Source: Promethearchaeota archaeon (GTDB lineage Archaea > Asgardarchaeota > Lokiarchaeia > Sigyniarchaeales > SOKP01). Taken from it: a stretch of 64,000 bases of DNA. The stretch spans positions 1 through 64,000 of the forward strand of contig JBHLNZ010000009.1 in NCBI GenBank assembly GCA_048941015.1, in the 5' to 3' direction. The position numbers and the translations under genes were made by a program. Every line of letters starts with the position of its first letter. The first letter of the stretch is position 1. The notes under the pieces are model-generated. The model made no database searches and had not been told where the DNA came from. It saw only the letters and a program-made list of their open reading frames with translations. Below are positions 9,756 to 20,069 of this stretch, piece after piece.

Positions 9756-9972
9756 ATTAAGATTAGATTTTGATGAAGCATTGACATTATGTGAACAAGT
9801 TCGCACTATAAATAAGAAAAAAAAGATATCTTTTGATAAAATGTGGTGTTGGGGCTGTGCAAAGTTCACTAAAAGTCCTGATAAAAGATGTTTTGCAAAT
9901 GCTGAAAACGGGAGCAATACTGGATGTACTCAAGTTAATAATCTATACAAAAAGATGCAAAAAATCAATTAA
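9748..9972 (+). CDS. Small Cys-containing protein
   Basis: 74 aa with 5 Cys including CWGC. Overlaps the upstream stop (coupled). Confidence 0.7.
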   Translation: MTKLRLDFDEALTLCEQVRTINKKKKISFDKMWCWGCAKFTKSPDKRCFANAENGSNTGCTQVNNLYKKMQKIN

Positions 9973-10080
9973 TAATAATAAAAACTTTTTATTTCCTTTT
10001 TTTTTTAAACATTCAAAATATAAACGAAAATTAATTATAAGAACAATGAATATATAACTCAACTTAAAGGTGTCATTAAT

Positions 10081-10260
10081 ATGAGTAAAAAATACGAACA
10101 TAGAGTAGATCATCTAAAAGATCATAAAGATCATAAAGAAAGGAAGCAACATCAAGAAGAAATAAAACCATATTCGACAAAACATAAACTTAGTCATTTA
10201 AAAAAAGAAGAAAAAAAATTTCATAAAAAAATTGATGAAAGTGAATATACTTGGTTATAA
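10081..10260 (+). CDS. His/Lys/Glu-rich microprotein (59 aa, 8 His)
   Basis: Hand-translated MSKKYEHRVDHLKDHKDHKERKQHQEEIKPYSTKHKLSHLKKEEKKFHKKIDESEYTWL*. AAGGTG RBS. Confidence 0.65.
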   Translation: MSKKYEHRVDHLKDHKDHKERKQHQEEIKPYSTKHKLSHLKKEEKKFHKKIDESEYTWL

Positions 10261-10424
10261 ATAGATGTATGACCAAAATCAAAAATTAATAGTAAATTAC
10301 TCATTTTTCTCTTTTTCTATAATCCAATTGTTTATCCCAGTTATTTTATTGGGAAGAATTATACCCTAATCCTTTTTATTTGAAATTCTAATTAATCATT
10401 AATCCAAATTTTTGGTGATATTTA

Positions 10425-11360
10425 ATGAGAAAAAATTTTAGTAAAGTAATGATAAGCCTTCTTACACTCGCAATGGTATTTTCATTAATTGGTGCTGTGA
10501 ATGTGATGGGTTATGAAGGCCCCGATCAAACTATAGCTGTTCAGGGGGATACAATTCAGCTACAACTTCAGAGTCATCTTCGGACGATGTTATGTTTTCG
10601 TGAAACCACACGACTCACAATCTGTGCTAATACAGATTTAGATTTAGATATTAACTGTGACGCTTTAAAAATAAGAGAAAAAGATATGATTATCGAGATT
10701 GTGGGAGTTGATAATCATAGAATGACTTTGATCTGTACAAGAGAAGAAGCTCAACTCGGATTAATGAACGGAAGCCTTCACAGGGCGAGAAATCGAAATA
10801 TGTACAGATATGTAGAAGGATTTTGTATTTCTATAGCGTGCACTCCAAATTCCAATTGTGAATGCACTTGTAAATGTGATCCTATATGTACTTGTCCATG
10901 TGATTGTGAGTGCACATGTCAGTCAGAATGTACTTGTCCATGTGATTGTGAGTGCACATGTCAGTCAGAATGTACTTGTGTATGTGATTGTCAATGTCAA
11001 TGTGATCCTATTTGCACATGTGAATGTGAATGCCAATGTATATGCGATCCTGAATGTAAATGTGATTCAGAATGTTCTTATAATGGAAATTTTATAAAAG
11101 CAAGATTGAGTATTAGAACAACAAACCAGAATCGATTAGGGCAGTGGGCATATTATGATCATGAGAATAATGAATGGGTGACTGTTCCAACCACAATTGA
11201 AGATGGCTATTTAACTACTGAGGCAACTATTTTATCAACATGGACTATATTAAACCCTATGGCGGCATCATCAGTCATTGAGGGCACTCTTATTATTACA
11301 ATCATGTCTTTCATTGGTGCAATTGCTATTTTAGGTTTCTATTTAAAAAGAAGGCAATAA
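10425..11360 (+). CDS. Exported membrane-anchored protein with CxC-repeat insertion
   Basis: Signal peptide, central block of 32 Cys in about 81 aa, C-terminal TM + KRR, GGTGA RBS. Confidence 0.85.
   Translation: MRKNFSKVMISLLTLAMVFSLIGAVNVMGYEGPDQTIAVQGDTIQLQLQSHLRTMLCFRETTRLTICANTDLDLDINCDALKIREKDMIIEIVGVDNHRMTLICTREEAQLGLMNGSLHRARNRNMYRYVEGFCISIACTPNSNCECTCKCDPICTCPCDCECTCQSECTCPCDCECTCQSECTCVCDCQCQCDPICTCECECQCICDPECKCDSECSYNGNFIKARLSIRTTNQNRLGQWAYYDHENNEWVTVPTTIEDGYLTTEATILSTWTILNPMAASSVIEGTLIITIMSFIGAIAILGFYLKRRQ
10887..11054 (+). repeat. In-frame 42-bp tandem repeat (CxCxCxCxCxCxxx) x4
   Basis: 10887-10928 and 10929-10970 are identical. 10971-11054 contains two diverged copies. Confidence 0.92.
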
Positions 11361-11480
11361 AATTCAATTATTTTTCTTTTTTTTTATTTTACTTTAATTT
11401 AGGAAGGATATAATATTTCTTATTCATATTAATGATTTATTTTAGTGCGTTTAATTTTTAATCAAATTAATAAGCAATTA

Positions 11481-12878
11481 TTATTCAATTTTTTTTTTCA
11501 AATAATCCAAATACGCCCGTTCTTTTTCCTCATGTATTTTAATAATTTCATCTTTTTGAGCAAGCCAGTTGGGTCCATCTAAGGTGTAATAAAACATTAC
11601 AAGTCCACCGAGAATCAAAAAAATTGCTGGTATGAGCGAAAAACCTAACATAATTCCTAATTGAGCGGGAAGATCTTGAATAGCTTTTTCTGGATCAAAT
11701 GCAAAAAAGTCAATTATCAAAAGAAAGAGCCAATTCGCAATAGATATAGCGGGTTTTGTAATTAATGCATTTATTCCAGAGTAAGTTGTTTCTCTGCGCT
11801 TTCCTGTTCTTATCTCATCATAATCCACGATATCAGCCACTAAAACTTGGTTTACCAACATGTATCCCGAGAATCCGATACCGATAATTATGAATCCAAT
11901 TATTGCAGAACTGAATGTCCAACCGAAAAAAAAGATTAAAAGAAATCCCACTCCAGTAAATAATATTGCTGAAATAAAGGTTTTTTTCACTCCATATTTT
12001 ACTACTAATTTATTGAATACGATTATAAAACTGAAAACCATAAGAAAAACTAAAATCAACGGAGCTGAGTTTAAAAAACCAGGTAATCTTAACATGTAAT
12101 CAGCATAATAATAAATTGCAGTAGTAAGAATTGTTTGAGCAATAGTAAAGGAGAAGTTTGCTACTTCAAAAACCATAAAGGGTTTATTTTTAAAAGTTTC
12201 TTTTATTCCTTGTAGCACAGGAAGAGTATCTTCCATTTGTGTATACTTATTTTCTTTTAAGTAATAACTGCATATGAATAGAATTATAGCAGAAAATATA
12301 CCAACTAAAATCATTGTTATGATAAACGGTTGTGGGGAACTAGGTGCGTCACTCCCAGTTAATAAGAAAAGGGGAATTATAAAAGAGATTAAATATGCGC
12401 TTGAAGAAATAATAGTACTATAGATTAATAAATTAGTCCTTTCCTTTGCAGTTATAGCCATTTCAGCGGGTAAAGTAAAATTAATAAGACCTAAAATAGT
12501 AAATAATGTATCAAAAATGAATATAACAAGAATAAAATTGAAAAAAAGTGCTATTTGGCTATTTATATCAACAAAAGGAATCCAACACAAAATAAAAGAT
12601 AAACCATATAATGGTGCACCAAATCGAATATAAGGAATTCTTCTGCCATACTTTTCTGATTTTGTATGATCTTCAATAAAACCAAATAAGGGGTCATTGA
12701 TCGCATTCCAAAACGAAAAAATAAGCCATGCGATTCCAATAAGTTTAGCATCTAATCCTATTACTGTGTTATAAAAGAAAGTTATGGCTGAGAAAGCAAT
12801 CTGGGATGATAAGTTAATGCCTGCTCCAAGACCACCATAAGCCAATTTGGATTTCAATGGTAATTTATCTTTAACCAT
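11481..12878 (-). CDS. GPH/MelB-family MFS sugar:cation symporter
   Basis: WNAINDPLFG, GRRIPY, ADIVDYDE..TGKRRE motifs; about 12 TMs. Confidence 0.92.
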   Translation of the reverse strand: MVKDKLPLKSKLAYGGLGAGINLSSQIAFSAITFFYNTVIGLDAKLIGIAWLIFSFWNAINDPLFGFIEDHTKSEKYGRRIPYIRFGAPLYGLSFILCWIPFVDINSQIALFFNFILVIFIFDTLFTILGLINFTLPAEMAITAKERTNLLIYSTIISSSAYLISFIIPLFLLTGSDAPSSPQPFIITMILVGIFSAIILFICSYYLKENKYTQMEDTLPVLQGIKETFKNKPFMVFEVANFSFTIAQTILTTAIYYYADYMLRLPGFLNSAPLILVFLMVFSFIIVFNKLVVKYGVKKTFISAILFTGVGFLLIFFFGWTFSSAIIGFIIIGIGFSGYMLVNQVLVADIVDYDEIRTGKRRETTYSGINALITKPAISIANWLFLLIIDFFAFDPEKAIQDLPAQLGIMLGFSLIPAIFLILGGLVMFYYTLDGPNWLAQKDEIIKIHEEKERAYLDYLKKKIE

Positions 12879-12922
12879 GGTAAAGTTTACACAATCCCAT
12901 AAAAATTAGTCAGTAATTAGTA

Positions 12923-12967
12923 TTTTATATCTTCTTATAAATAAAAAGGTTTTATATCTTCTTATAA
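12923..12967 (-). promoter_or_regulatory. 18-bp direct repeat (duplicated BRE/TATA-like element)
   Basis: ttttatatcttcttataa at 12923-12940 and 12950-12967, upstream of the transporter. Confidence 0.55.
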
Positions 12968-13068
12968 CATGTTTATTCCAGCACCAAAACTAGATGAAAA
13001 AGACTAATAGTAAACCTGATAATAATTTAATTAAAAAAAAAAAGATTATTAGAATTTTTAACCTAATT

Positions 13069-13482
13069 CTATCGCTTATTTTCTTTTAGATATGCATATA
13101 TATTGAGAACAATAAGAAATGCTATAACTATTATATCAATCAATTCATTACTAAAGCTGGTTAGTGAGTGAGTATATGCTGGATCCACTAAATAAATGAT
13201 ATTGACAATTTCCATTAGTATTAACCATAAAATTACGAATTCTATAAGTATTTTGAGTGTTGTCCACTCATTTCGAATAATACCGATAACTCCAAAGACT
13301 GCTAAACTAACACAGGTAATTCCCCAGAGTCGCCAGAATTGTAGACTAAAAGCTGGTGAATCTATAAGAACAGCAAAAATCTCAGGAATAAAGAGATATA
13401 CTATCCCGTAAAATAAAGCAGCTATAATATTTATTAGCAAAACGATTTTAAAAAATTTTGATAATTCAGCCATTTTTTTCAC
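13069..13482 (-). CDS. 4-TM membrane protein (paralogue of 46879..47274)
   Basis: MAELSK..KIVLLINII..F.IPEI..WR..G..EW shared with the 46879 ORF. Confidence 0.8.
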   Translation of the reverse strand: MKKMAELSKFFKIVLLINIIAALFYGIVYLFIPEIFAVLIDSPAFSLQFWRLWGITCVSLAVFGVIGIIRNEWTTLKILIEFVILWLILMEIVNIIYLVDPAYTHSLTSFSNELIDIIVIAFLIVLNIYAYLKENKR

Positions 13483-13631
13483 TTTTAATGTTGGATTTCA
13501 TTAACATATAGTTAATGATTATGAATTTGTTTGATTGTTATTTAAATTTTCACAATTTTTTCTCATTTAACAGTTGTTTAAAACAAGGATTAAGAACAGT
13601 AAAGCATTAATTGCATTATAAATTTAAATAG

Positions 13632-14480
13632 TTGAAAATGTCAACCAATAGAGATAAAAAAATAAAAGAAAAGTATGGTGTAGAAACTGGTTTTTTTGAA
13701 GATGGACTTCCCTATGCACGCATGGGTAATAAACCAAAGATAATTGTTAATATTGAAGCTTTATCCTTTAAACATGAACCACCTACAGGGACTACGTTAA
13801 AACAATTTGTAAAGTCAGCTAGAGCATTTGCGAATGAATATACTATTTTTCTTGTAGGGCGAAAACAAAATTTACCGGAAAATTATTTATTTGACAAAAT
13901 GGCAGAAGATTATGCAAAAATGATTCAAAGGGAATTTAAAAGACCTGTTGATATAATGGGTGCATCAACAGGAGGTCAACTTGTTCATTATTTAGCTGCT
14001 AATCATCCCGATGTTGTTCGGAAACTCGTAATTATCTCTGCAGCGTTTCGATTAAGTGAAAGAGGAGTAGAAATCGAGAGAACTGCAGAAGAGTACTTCA
14101 GACAAGAAAAATATGGAAAGGCACTAGCAGCGACATTAGATTTGATCTTTTCTTCTAAAATTATAAAAGGGATCGTTAAATTTTTCATTCGTTTTATTGG
14201 AAAAAGATGGATAGGAAAAGTAGAATACCCAAATGATTTCCTAAATGAAGTGATGGCAGACCGGGATATGAATTTTAAAGAAAGATTAAAAGAAATTAAA
14301 GCTCCTACACTAGTTATTAGCGGAGAGCTTGATATTGCCTATACAACAGATGATGTCCGTGTAACTGCTGAAGGCATTCCTAACTCGAAATTAATTATTT
14401 ATGAAGGGTATGGACATAACCTTGTGATGGCAAATAGGAAGCAAGTTCAAAAGGATATATTAGAATTTCTTAATAAGTAA
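13632..14480 (+). CDS. Alpha/beta hydrolase
   Basis: GASTGG nucleophile elbow, PTLVISGELD, GYGH. Confidence 0.88.
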   Translation: MKMSTNRDKKIKEKYGVETGFFEDGLPYARMGNKPKIIVNIEALSFKHEPPTGTTLKQFVKSARAFANEYTIFLVGRKQNLPENYLFDKMAEDYAKMIQREFKRPVDIMGASTGGQLVHYLAANHPDVVRKLVIISAAFRLSERGVEIERTAEEYFRQEKYGKALAATLDLIFSSKIIKGIVKFFIRFIGKRWIGKVEYPNDFLNEVMADRDMNFKERLKEIKAPTLVISGELDIAYTTDDVRVTAEGIPNSKLIIYEGYGHNLVMANRKQVQKDILEFLNK

Positions 14481-14490
14481 ACCAATAATA

Positions 14491-15456
14491 TTAATATTTG
14501 TCCATAACTTCTTTAAAACCAGCCAGATCTTTTAGACTTTCTAATAGATTCTCTTCCTCATCTAAAATTAATACAAACTCTTTATCGATCGATACAGCTT
14601 TTTCCAAGGCATCCAATGCATTTTCGAGTTCTCCCTTTTTCTGGTAAAGAATTGATAGATGTAACCAAGTTTCAACATCATCTGGTTCAATATTTATAAT
14701 ATTTCTATAAGCATTTAATGCTTCATCGAAATTATTAGATGTTTCAAAAGCAAATCCCAACCCAAAAAGCGCGTTACTAAACTCAGGATCAATTGTTATA
14801 GCTTTCTTAAAACACTCAATGGCTTTATTGTTTTTGCCGTCATTTAATAATACAAAACCAAGATTGAACCACCCAATTTCATTTTGAGGATCAAGTTCCA
14901 GTGCTTTTTCAAGTGCACTTATTGCTTTTTCAATATTTCCTAAAAATCCTAACGCTCTTCCTAAATTGTTCCATATCTCGGAATCATTTGGACTTATTTG
15001 AAGTGCTTTTCGAAAAAACTCTACAGCCCCTTCATAATCTTCCATTTTGCTCAGAGCCACACCTAAATTATATAATGTATCTGCATCATTGGGACTTAAT
15101 TCTAAAGCTTTTTTATAAGCATCAATCTCAGCTTCAATATTATCATTTTGTCCATAAGCGACACCTAAGTTAACCCATAATTCTGCATTAGAAGGATTTA
15201 ACTCTAACGCTTTTTTATAAGATTTAATCTCCTCCTTATTATTACCCTGCATTCCATATGCTAATCCTAAGTTTATCCATGTTTCAATATCATTGGGATT
15301 CAAAGTTAATGCTTTTTTAAACGCTTCAATTGCCCCCTTGATATTTCCCTCTTGTCCTAGTGCTATCCCGCGATCAAACCAACTTTTCGCATCTTTTGGC
15401 TCGACTTTTGAGGATTTATCTTGATGCTTCATTTTATTAAAAAATTTCACATTCAA
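14491..15456 (-). CDS. Tetratricopeptide repeat protein
   Basis: About 8 34-aa repeats W.NLG.A......EA...YKKALEL.P. Confidence 0.93.
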   Translation of the reverse strand: MNVKFFNKMKHQDKSSKVEPKDAKSWFDRGIALGQEGNIKGAIEAFKKALTLNPNDIETWINLGLAYGMQGNNKEEIKSYKKALELNPSNAELWVNLGVAYGQNDNIEAEIDAYKKALELSPNDADTLYNLGVALSKMEDYEGAVEFFRKALQISPNDSEIWNNLGRALGFLGNIEKAISALEKALELDPQNEIGWFNLGFVLLNDGKNNKAIECFKKAITIDPEFSNALFGLGFAFETSNNFDEALNAYRNIINIEPDDVETWLHLSILYQKKGELENALDALEKAVSIDKEFVLILDEEENLLESLKDLAGFKEVMDKY

Positions 15457-15546
15457 TAAGAACTTTTATCATTATTAGAAACTATCAGAGGAACTGTTAG
15501 CCTGAAATTAAAACTTTATATGTGATATTAACTTTATAAACAAGCC

Positions 15547-16566
15547 ATGCTTTTAGTCTCTCTCCTATTTCTAACATTAGGGTTCATTGGGTTATATTTT
15601 GGAGCAAAATATGTGATCATTGGACTTGAAAATATCGCCGATCGCTTCCATATTAGTCATATCATGGTTGGACTAACAATATTATCAATAGGTACTAGTT
15701 TACCAGAGATTGCGGTAAGCATAATAGGTGGTTTCGATAAAGCGTTAGGCATTGATCCTACTATAGATGGAATAGTGATTGGAAATAAAATTGGTTCTTT
15801 TTTGACTCAAATAACTTTAATAATTGGTATTTTGGCAATTAGTCAACCAATTTTTGTTAGTAAATGGGAACTGAGAAGAGAAGGGCCTATGCTCTTTACA
15901 TCGGTATTAATTTTTATTTTTTTCTCAGTTGATGGGATTATAACTCAACTTGAAGCTCTGTTAATGATTATAATATATTTCCTTTATCTTTCATTAGTGA
16001 TTTGGAGTGAGAGACACCTTTCAAAAATTAAATTGAAAATCGAATATATTGAAAAAGAACGAATAGATACTGCAAGCTTTGAACCAGTTGAAACTCCTCA
16101 TAAAACATCATCATTTGCTAAAGATATTATCTATTTTCTAGTAGGTCTCTTCATATTATTAATAGCAGCAGAAATTACATTATTATCTGCCCATGACATA
16201 TCAAAGGAATTTAATATTCCTGAAAATGTAATTGGAATACTTATTGTTGGGTTCGGTACAAGCTTACCAGAATTAATAGCAGATTTAACTGCTATAAGGA
16301 GAGAATCATTTGGAATTGCGGTAGGTGATATCTTAGGCTCTAATATATGTGATATCCTACTAGCTACAGGATCAGGAGCTATTATAGTTAGTTTTAATGT
16401 TCCGATGATTATTTTATTTTTTGATATACCCTTTCTATTATTTGCGTTAACAATTGCTTTTTATCTCTTATGGAGTCAAAAAACTTTAAAAAGATGGGAA
16501 GGCGTCCTTTTAATTAGTATTTATGCAGGCTATACGATTCTGAAATTATTTCTATTTCAAATTTAA
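15547..16566 (+). CDS. Ca2+/Na+ antiporter (YrbG/CaCA family)
   Basis: Two GTSLPE alpha-repeats, GDILGSN. Confidence 0.92.
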   Translation: MLLVSLLFLTLGFIGLYFGAKYVIIGLENIADRFHISHIMVGLTILSIGTSLPEIAVSIIGGFDKALGIDPTIDGIVIGNKIGSFLTQITLIIGILAISQPIFVSKWELRREGPMLFTSVLIFIFFSVDGIITQLEALLMIIIYFLYLSLVIWSERHLSKIKLKIEYIEKERIDTASFEPVETPHKTSSFAKDIIYFLVGLFILLIAAEITLLSAHDISKEFNIPENVIGILIVGFGTSLPELIADLTAIRRESFGIAVGDILGSNICDILLATGSGAIIVSFNVPMIILFFDIPFLLFALTIAFYLLWSQKTLKRWEGVLLISIYAGYTILKLFLFQI

Positions 16567-16697
16567 ATTGAGTTTGATTAACTTATTTTCCTTTTTCAAA
16601 CCATAAAATTAGTATAATGTTATTTATATGAGGAAAATATAAAGATTGGATTAATTCATCAAAATTTTGATTGATCATGATGCTAAGAGTCTCTTGG

Positions 16698-17306
16698 TTA
16701 ATTATTCAGGAATACCATCAGAGCAAGAATAAAGTAAAACAACTGAAAAGGTGTTACCATAATTCTTTCAATTATCCCCCTATACTTACCTGAGGCAAAA
16801 ATACCGGAGATAATTACACCAACTAATGATAGAATCGCTGAAATAAATGAAAAAATAGCAAAACCACTCCATAGGGGTACGGATTGTAATCGAATCCAAA
16901 GTGCTACCATACCCGAAATAGCAAATATTCCCATTAGAACTACGAGGATAATATGCATTTTTCCTTTATAAGTTGTGAATTCTCCTCCCTCATCAAGAGG
17001 AAAGAAAAAAGCTACCAATATTCCCAAAATTGAACTAACCAGTAAAAGAACTGGTCCAATAATGGAACCTCCCCCGTCAGTGATTCCATCTTGTAATCCA
17101 ATAAAAAAGACAAATAACAAAATACTTTCTGTAATCACGAGTAATTGGGCTAAACGTCTATTAGGAGCACCAACTGCAAAAAGTGAACTTATATCATCAT
17201 GGATATGGTTGTAACCTGATTGTTTACTACCAATTATAATCCACATCGCAGTATATATGATAGGACTCAGCATTCCACAAATTGCTAGAATTTGAAACAG
17301 ATTCAT
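16698..17306 (-). CDS. DUF998-like membrane protein
   Basis: GYNHIHDDISSL.AVGAP, FPLD, MH, GIIER motifs. Confidence 0.75.
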   Translation of the reverse strand: MNLFQILAICGMLSPIIYTAMWIIIGSKQSGYNHIHDDISSLFAVGAPNRRLAQLLVITESILLFVFFIGLQDGITDGGGSIIGPVLLLVSSILGILVAFFFPLDEGGEFTTYKGKMHIILVVLMGIFAISGMVALWIRLQSVPLWSGFAIFSFISAILSLVGVIISGIFASGKYRGIIERIMVTPFQLFYFILALMVFLNN

Positions 17307-17507
17307 ATTAATTTGGTTTTTTGCTTAAAATTAAAACTTTACTATCTTTAATAAGGATGAGAAAATTATATTTATAAAAAATAATTATCTCAGCTTAAAC
17401 ATATATAATCTACTTAAAACTAGATAATTTCCAACCTAAAAAAATAAAATCAGAATAATTAGTATTTTAATAAGTATTATGGAATTAAAGAAATTAGGTG
17501 ATAAAAA

Positions 17508-18155
17508 ATTATAGAAAAAATATCTGGTTTTCTCTTTTTGTTTATTATAATCACAAACCTTGCTAGTGATTTTTTTGGTTATAAAACATTCGGTGATGTG
17601 GAATCAGAGGCTCAACTACAAAAGATTAATAAAAATCCTACAAAATTTAAAATTGGCGTAGTATTGATACTTATAGAGCACTTAAGCATAATAATTCTTG
17701 CTGTAACGTTGTTTATTGCTTTTAGTCCTTATAACATAATACTTGGAATTGTCTGGTCGATCTCTCGAATAGGAGAAGGTTTGATCCAAATTTATGATAA
17801 AAAAAACTACTGGGGATTTCTCAACTTAGCAAAAAAGTACTCAGATACTAGTGATGCTGAAAAAGAAGTGGTAATTGATTTAGGTCGTAGCATTCTCAAA
17901 ACAAAAACTTCTAGATTCTCATTTGCACAAATCTTATTCTCCATTGGTACACTCGCATACTCAATTTTGTTTGTTACCTATGGAGTTGTACCAATAATTA
18001 TCGGGTGGTTTGGAATTGTTGCCAGTATTCTCTATGGTCTCGGTAATGTGATATTTCATATAAATTCTAACCTTAAAATCCTATGGAGCATCGGAGGTCT
18101 GTTAATTCTTCTTTTTGAAGTAATATTGGGAAGCTGGCTATTGTTTTTTGCTTAA
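17508..18155 (+). CDS. DUF4386-like membrane protein (start probably ATT 17508 or ATA 17511)
   Basis: Paralogue of 21492..22175. Similarity (ISGFLFLFII vs LSGFLYLLIL) extends upstream of the track's TTG at 17538. Confidence 0.78.
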   Translation: MIEKISGFLFLFIIITNLASDFFGYKTFGDVESEAQLQKINKNPTKFKIGVVLILIEHLSIIILAVTLFIAFSPYNIILGIVWSISRIGEGLIQIYDKKNYWGFLNLAKKYSDTSDAEKEVVIDLGRSILKTKTSRFSFAQILFSIGTLAYSILFVTYGVVPIIIGWFGIVASILYGLGNVIFHINSNLKILWSIGGLLILLFEVILGSWLLFFA

Positions 18156-18366
18156 ATCTAATCATGAAATTTTTGGGGAATAAAAAAGTGAAGAGCTTTA
18201 TAATGGTTATAGGCTCCAATTGTTCATTTTTTTTCCACATCTGTAAAAAAAGCTTTATCAAAATCCCAATTTGAATTATCATTCACAAATCTTGAAATAA
18301 AATAAAAAAAATTAAATTTAAAGAAATAAACACAACGTATACATAAAAAAGTAAATAAATATCATT

Positions 18367-18732
18367 TTGAGAGTGGAAGATTTGTATAATTATAAAACAT
18401 TAATAGGTGAACTGCTAGGTGCGGCTATCGCAGTTGTTTGGATAGCTTTTGCCTTGGTTGGAAGGGGAAGTATGCTTTTTCTCGTTATTGCCATTGACCT
18501 TACTATATTGTTTGGTACATTATCTGGAGGACTTATTGGGCTCAGCAAAAAGGAAATTAATTATAAAGAAGTACTTGGTTGGCTTTTTGGAGCAAGTATT
18601 GGAGTTACTTGGATAACTTGGGCAATACTTTTCCCGGGCGATATGTTAGGTCTTGTTGTTGCCATCTCCCTTACAATATTATTTGGTGTATTATCTGGCG
18701 GTTTAATTAAATTAAGTGGTAAAAGCAAATAA
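18367..18732 (+). CDS. Small membrane protein built from an internal duplication
   Basis: NYK..LG.L.GA.I.V.WI..A....G.ML.LV.AI.LTILFG.LSGGLI.LS occurs twice. Confidence 0.8.
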   Translation: MRVEDLYNYKTLIGELLGAAIAVVWIAFALVGRGSMLFLVIAIDLTILFGTLSGGLIGLSKKEINYKEVLGWLFGASIGVTWITWAILFPGDMLGLVVAISLTILFGVLSGGLIKLSGKSK

Positions 18733-18804
18733 AGTACTAAGACACAAGAAAGATAGGAACATCTAAACTATTTTTTTTTAATTAAGCATTAAGAGTTAAT
18801 TAAA

Positions 18805-19059
18805 ATGAAAAAATGGACAGCATTTATAATTGGGTTAATCCTGGTTGTGATTTTTATAATCACTATGTTTATCCTACCACCACTATTAGGCTGGTATTAT
18901 CCTAATATTTTGAGTTGGCAGGATTTTTTAGATTCTATTAGCACATTAGAAGGATTAATTATCGGGATTGTTACTCAAGCGATTCCGATCATCTGTGTTA
19001 CAATCGGAGCTATTTTTCTTCTAATTTTTGTGATTAAATTGATTCGGGGTAAAGAATAA
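18805..19059 (+). CDS. Small 2-TM membrane protein
   Basis: Two hydrophobic segments, co-oriented in the cluster. Confidence 0.65.
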   Translation: MKKWTAFIIGLILVVIFIITMFILPPLLGWYYPNILSWQDFLDSISTLEGLIIGIVTQAIPIICVTIGAIFLLIFVIKLIRGKE

Positions 19060-19115
19060 GCAAATTTTAATTAATTTTTTTTTAAAACAAATATTCATTT
19101 TCAAAAGGGTAATTA

Positions 19116-20069
19116 ATGGAGATAAAAATGGAAGATAGAGAAAAAATGAAAGCAGTAGTATATGAAAATTATGGTTCACCAGAGGTTCTTAAAATAAAAG
19201 AAGTTGAAAAGCCTAACCCCCAAAAAAATGAAGTACTGATTAAAATACACGCAACATCAGTGACTATCGGCGATGTTATAGTACGAAGAGGTAAACACCC
19301 AACTTCTAAATTTCAAACTTTCATGCTACATATTATGTTAGGTTTTAGAAAACCTAAGAGATCTGTGCTAGGCATGGAATTAGCCGGAGAAATTGAAGCT
19401 ATTGGAGAAGAGGTAAAGTTATATAAGAGAGGTGACAAGGTTTTTGCATCGACCGAATTCAAATTTGGTGCTTATGCTGAGTACAAATGTCTACCTGAAG
19501 ATGGCATAATGGCACTAAAACCAACCAACATTAACTTTGTAGAAGCTGCTGGTGGCTTTGCTTCAGGAGGAGTGACAGCATTGACAGTTCTCAGAAAGGC
19601 AAATATCCAGAGTGGACAAAAAGTCTTGATCTATGGAGCATCAGGAAGCGTTGGTACTTTTGCAGTGCAGCTTGCCAAGTATTTTGGGGCAGAAGTCACT
19701 GGAGTATGTAGTACCACTAATTTAGAAATGGTGAAATCATTAGGGGCAGATAAAGTCATTGATTATACTCAAGAAGATTTTACTCAAAGAGGACTTAAAT
19801 ATGATGTTATTTTTGATGCAGTGGCTCGAATTTCATCTTCCCACTGTAAAAATGCGCTCAAGAAGACGGGTATTTATCTTAATACTATAAAAGATTCTCC
19901 AAGCAAATTAAAAACTGAAGATTTAACTTATCTCAAGGAATTAATTGAAACTGGAAATTTAAGATCAGCTATAGATAGAATCTATCCATTGGAAGAAATT
20001 GTTAAAGCTCATGCCTATGTTGAAAAAGGGCATAAGAAGGGAAATGTTGTAATAAAAGTGGTGGATTGA
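19116..20069 (+). CDS. Zn-independent MDR / quinone-oxidoreductase-like dehydrogenase
   Basis: [35 protein letters not shown]. Confidence 0.92.
   Translation: MEIKMEDREKMKAVVYENYGSPEVLKIKEVEKPNPQKNEVLIKIHATSVTIGDVIVRRGKHPTSKFQTFMLHIMLGFRKPKRSVLGMELAGEIEAIGEEVKLYKRGDKVFASTEFKFGAYAEYKCLPEDGIMALKPTNINFVEAAGGFASGGVTALTVLRKANIQSGQKVLIYGASGSVGTFAVQLAKYFGAEVTGVCSTTNLEMVKSLGADKVIDYTQEDFTQRGLKYDVIFDAVARISSSHCKNALKKTGIYLNTIKDSPSKLKTEDLTYLKELIETGNLRSAIDRIYPLEEIVKAHAYVEKGHKKGNVVIKVVD

Noticed and set aside
10887-11054. 42-bp repeats as a CRISPR array
   Set aside because: Contiguous, no spacers, in frame within a CDS, no cas genes.
10858-11097. Alternative-frame Val/Asn/His ORF
   Set aside because: Shadow of the TGT-rich Cys repeat; no RBS.
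18156-18300. Protein-like minus-strand fragment (FVNDNSNWDFDKAFF...) and the track ORF 18073..18282
   Set aside because: Interrupted by a stop, no recognisable family, overlaps the DUF4386 gene end.
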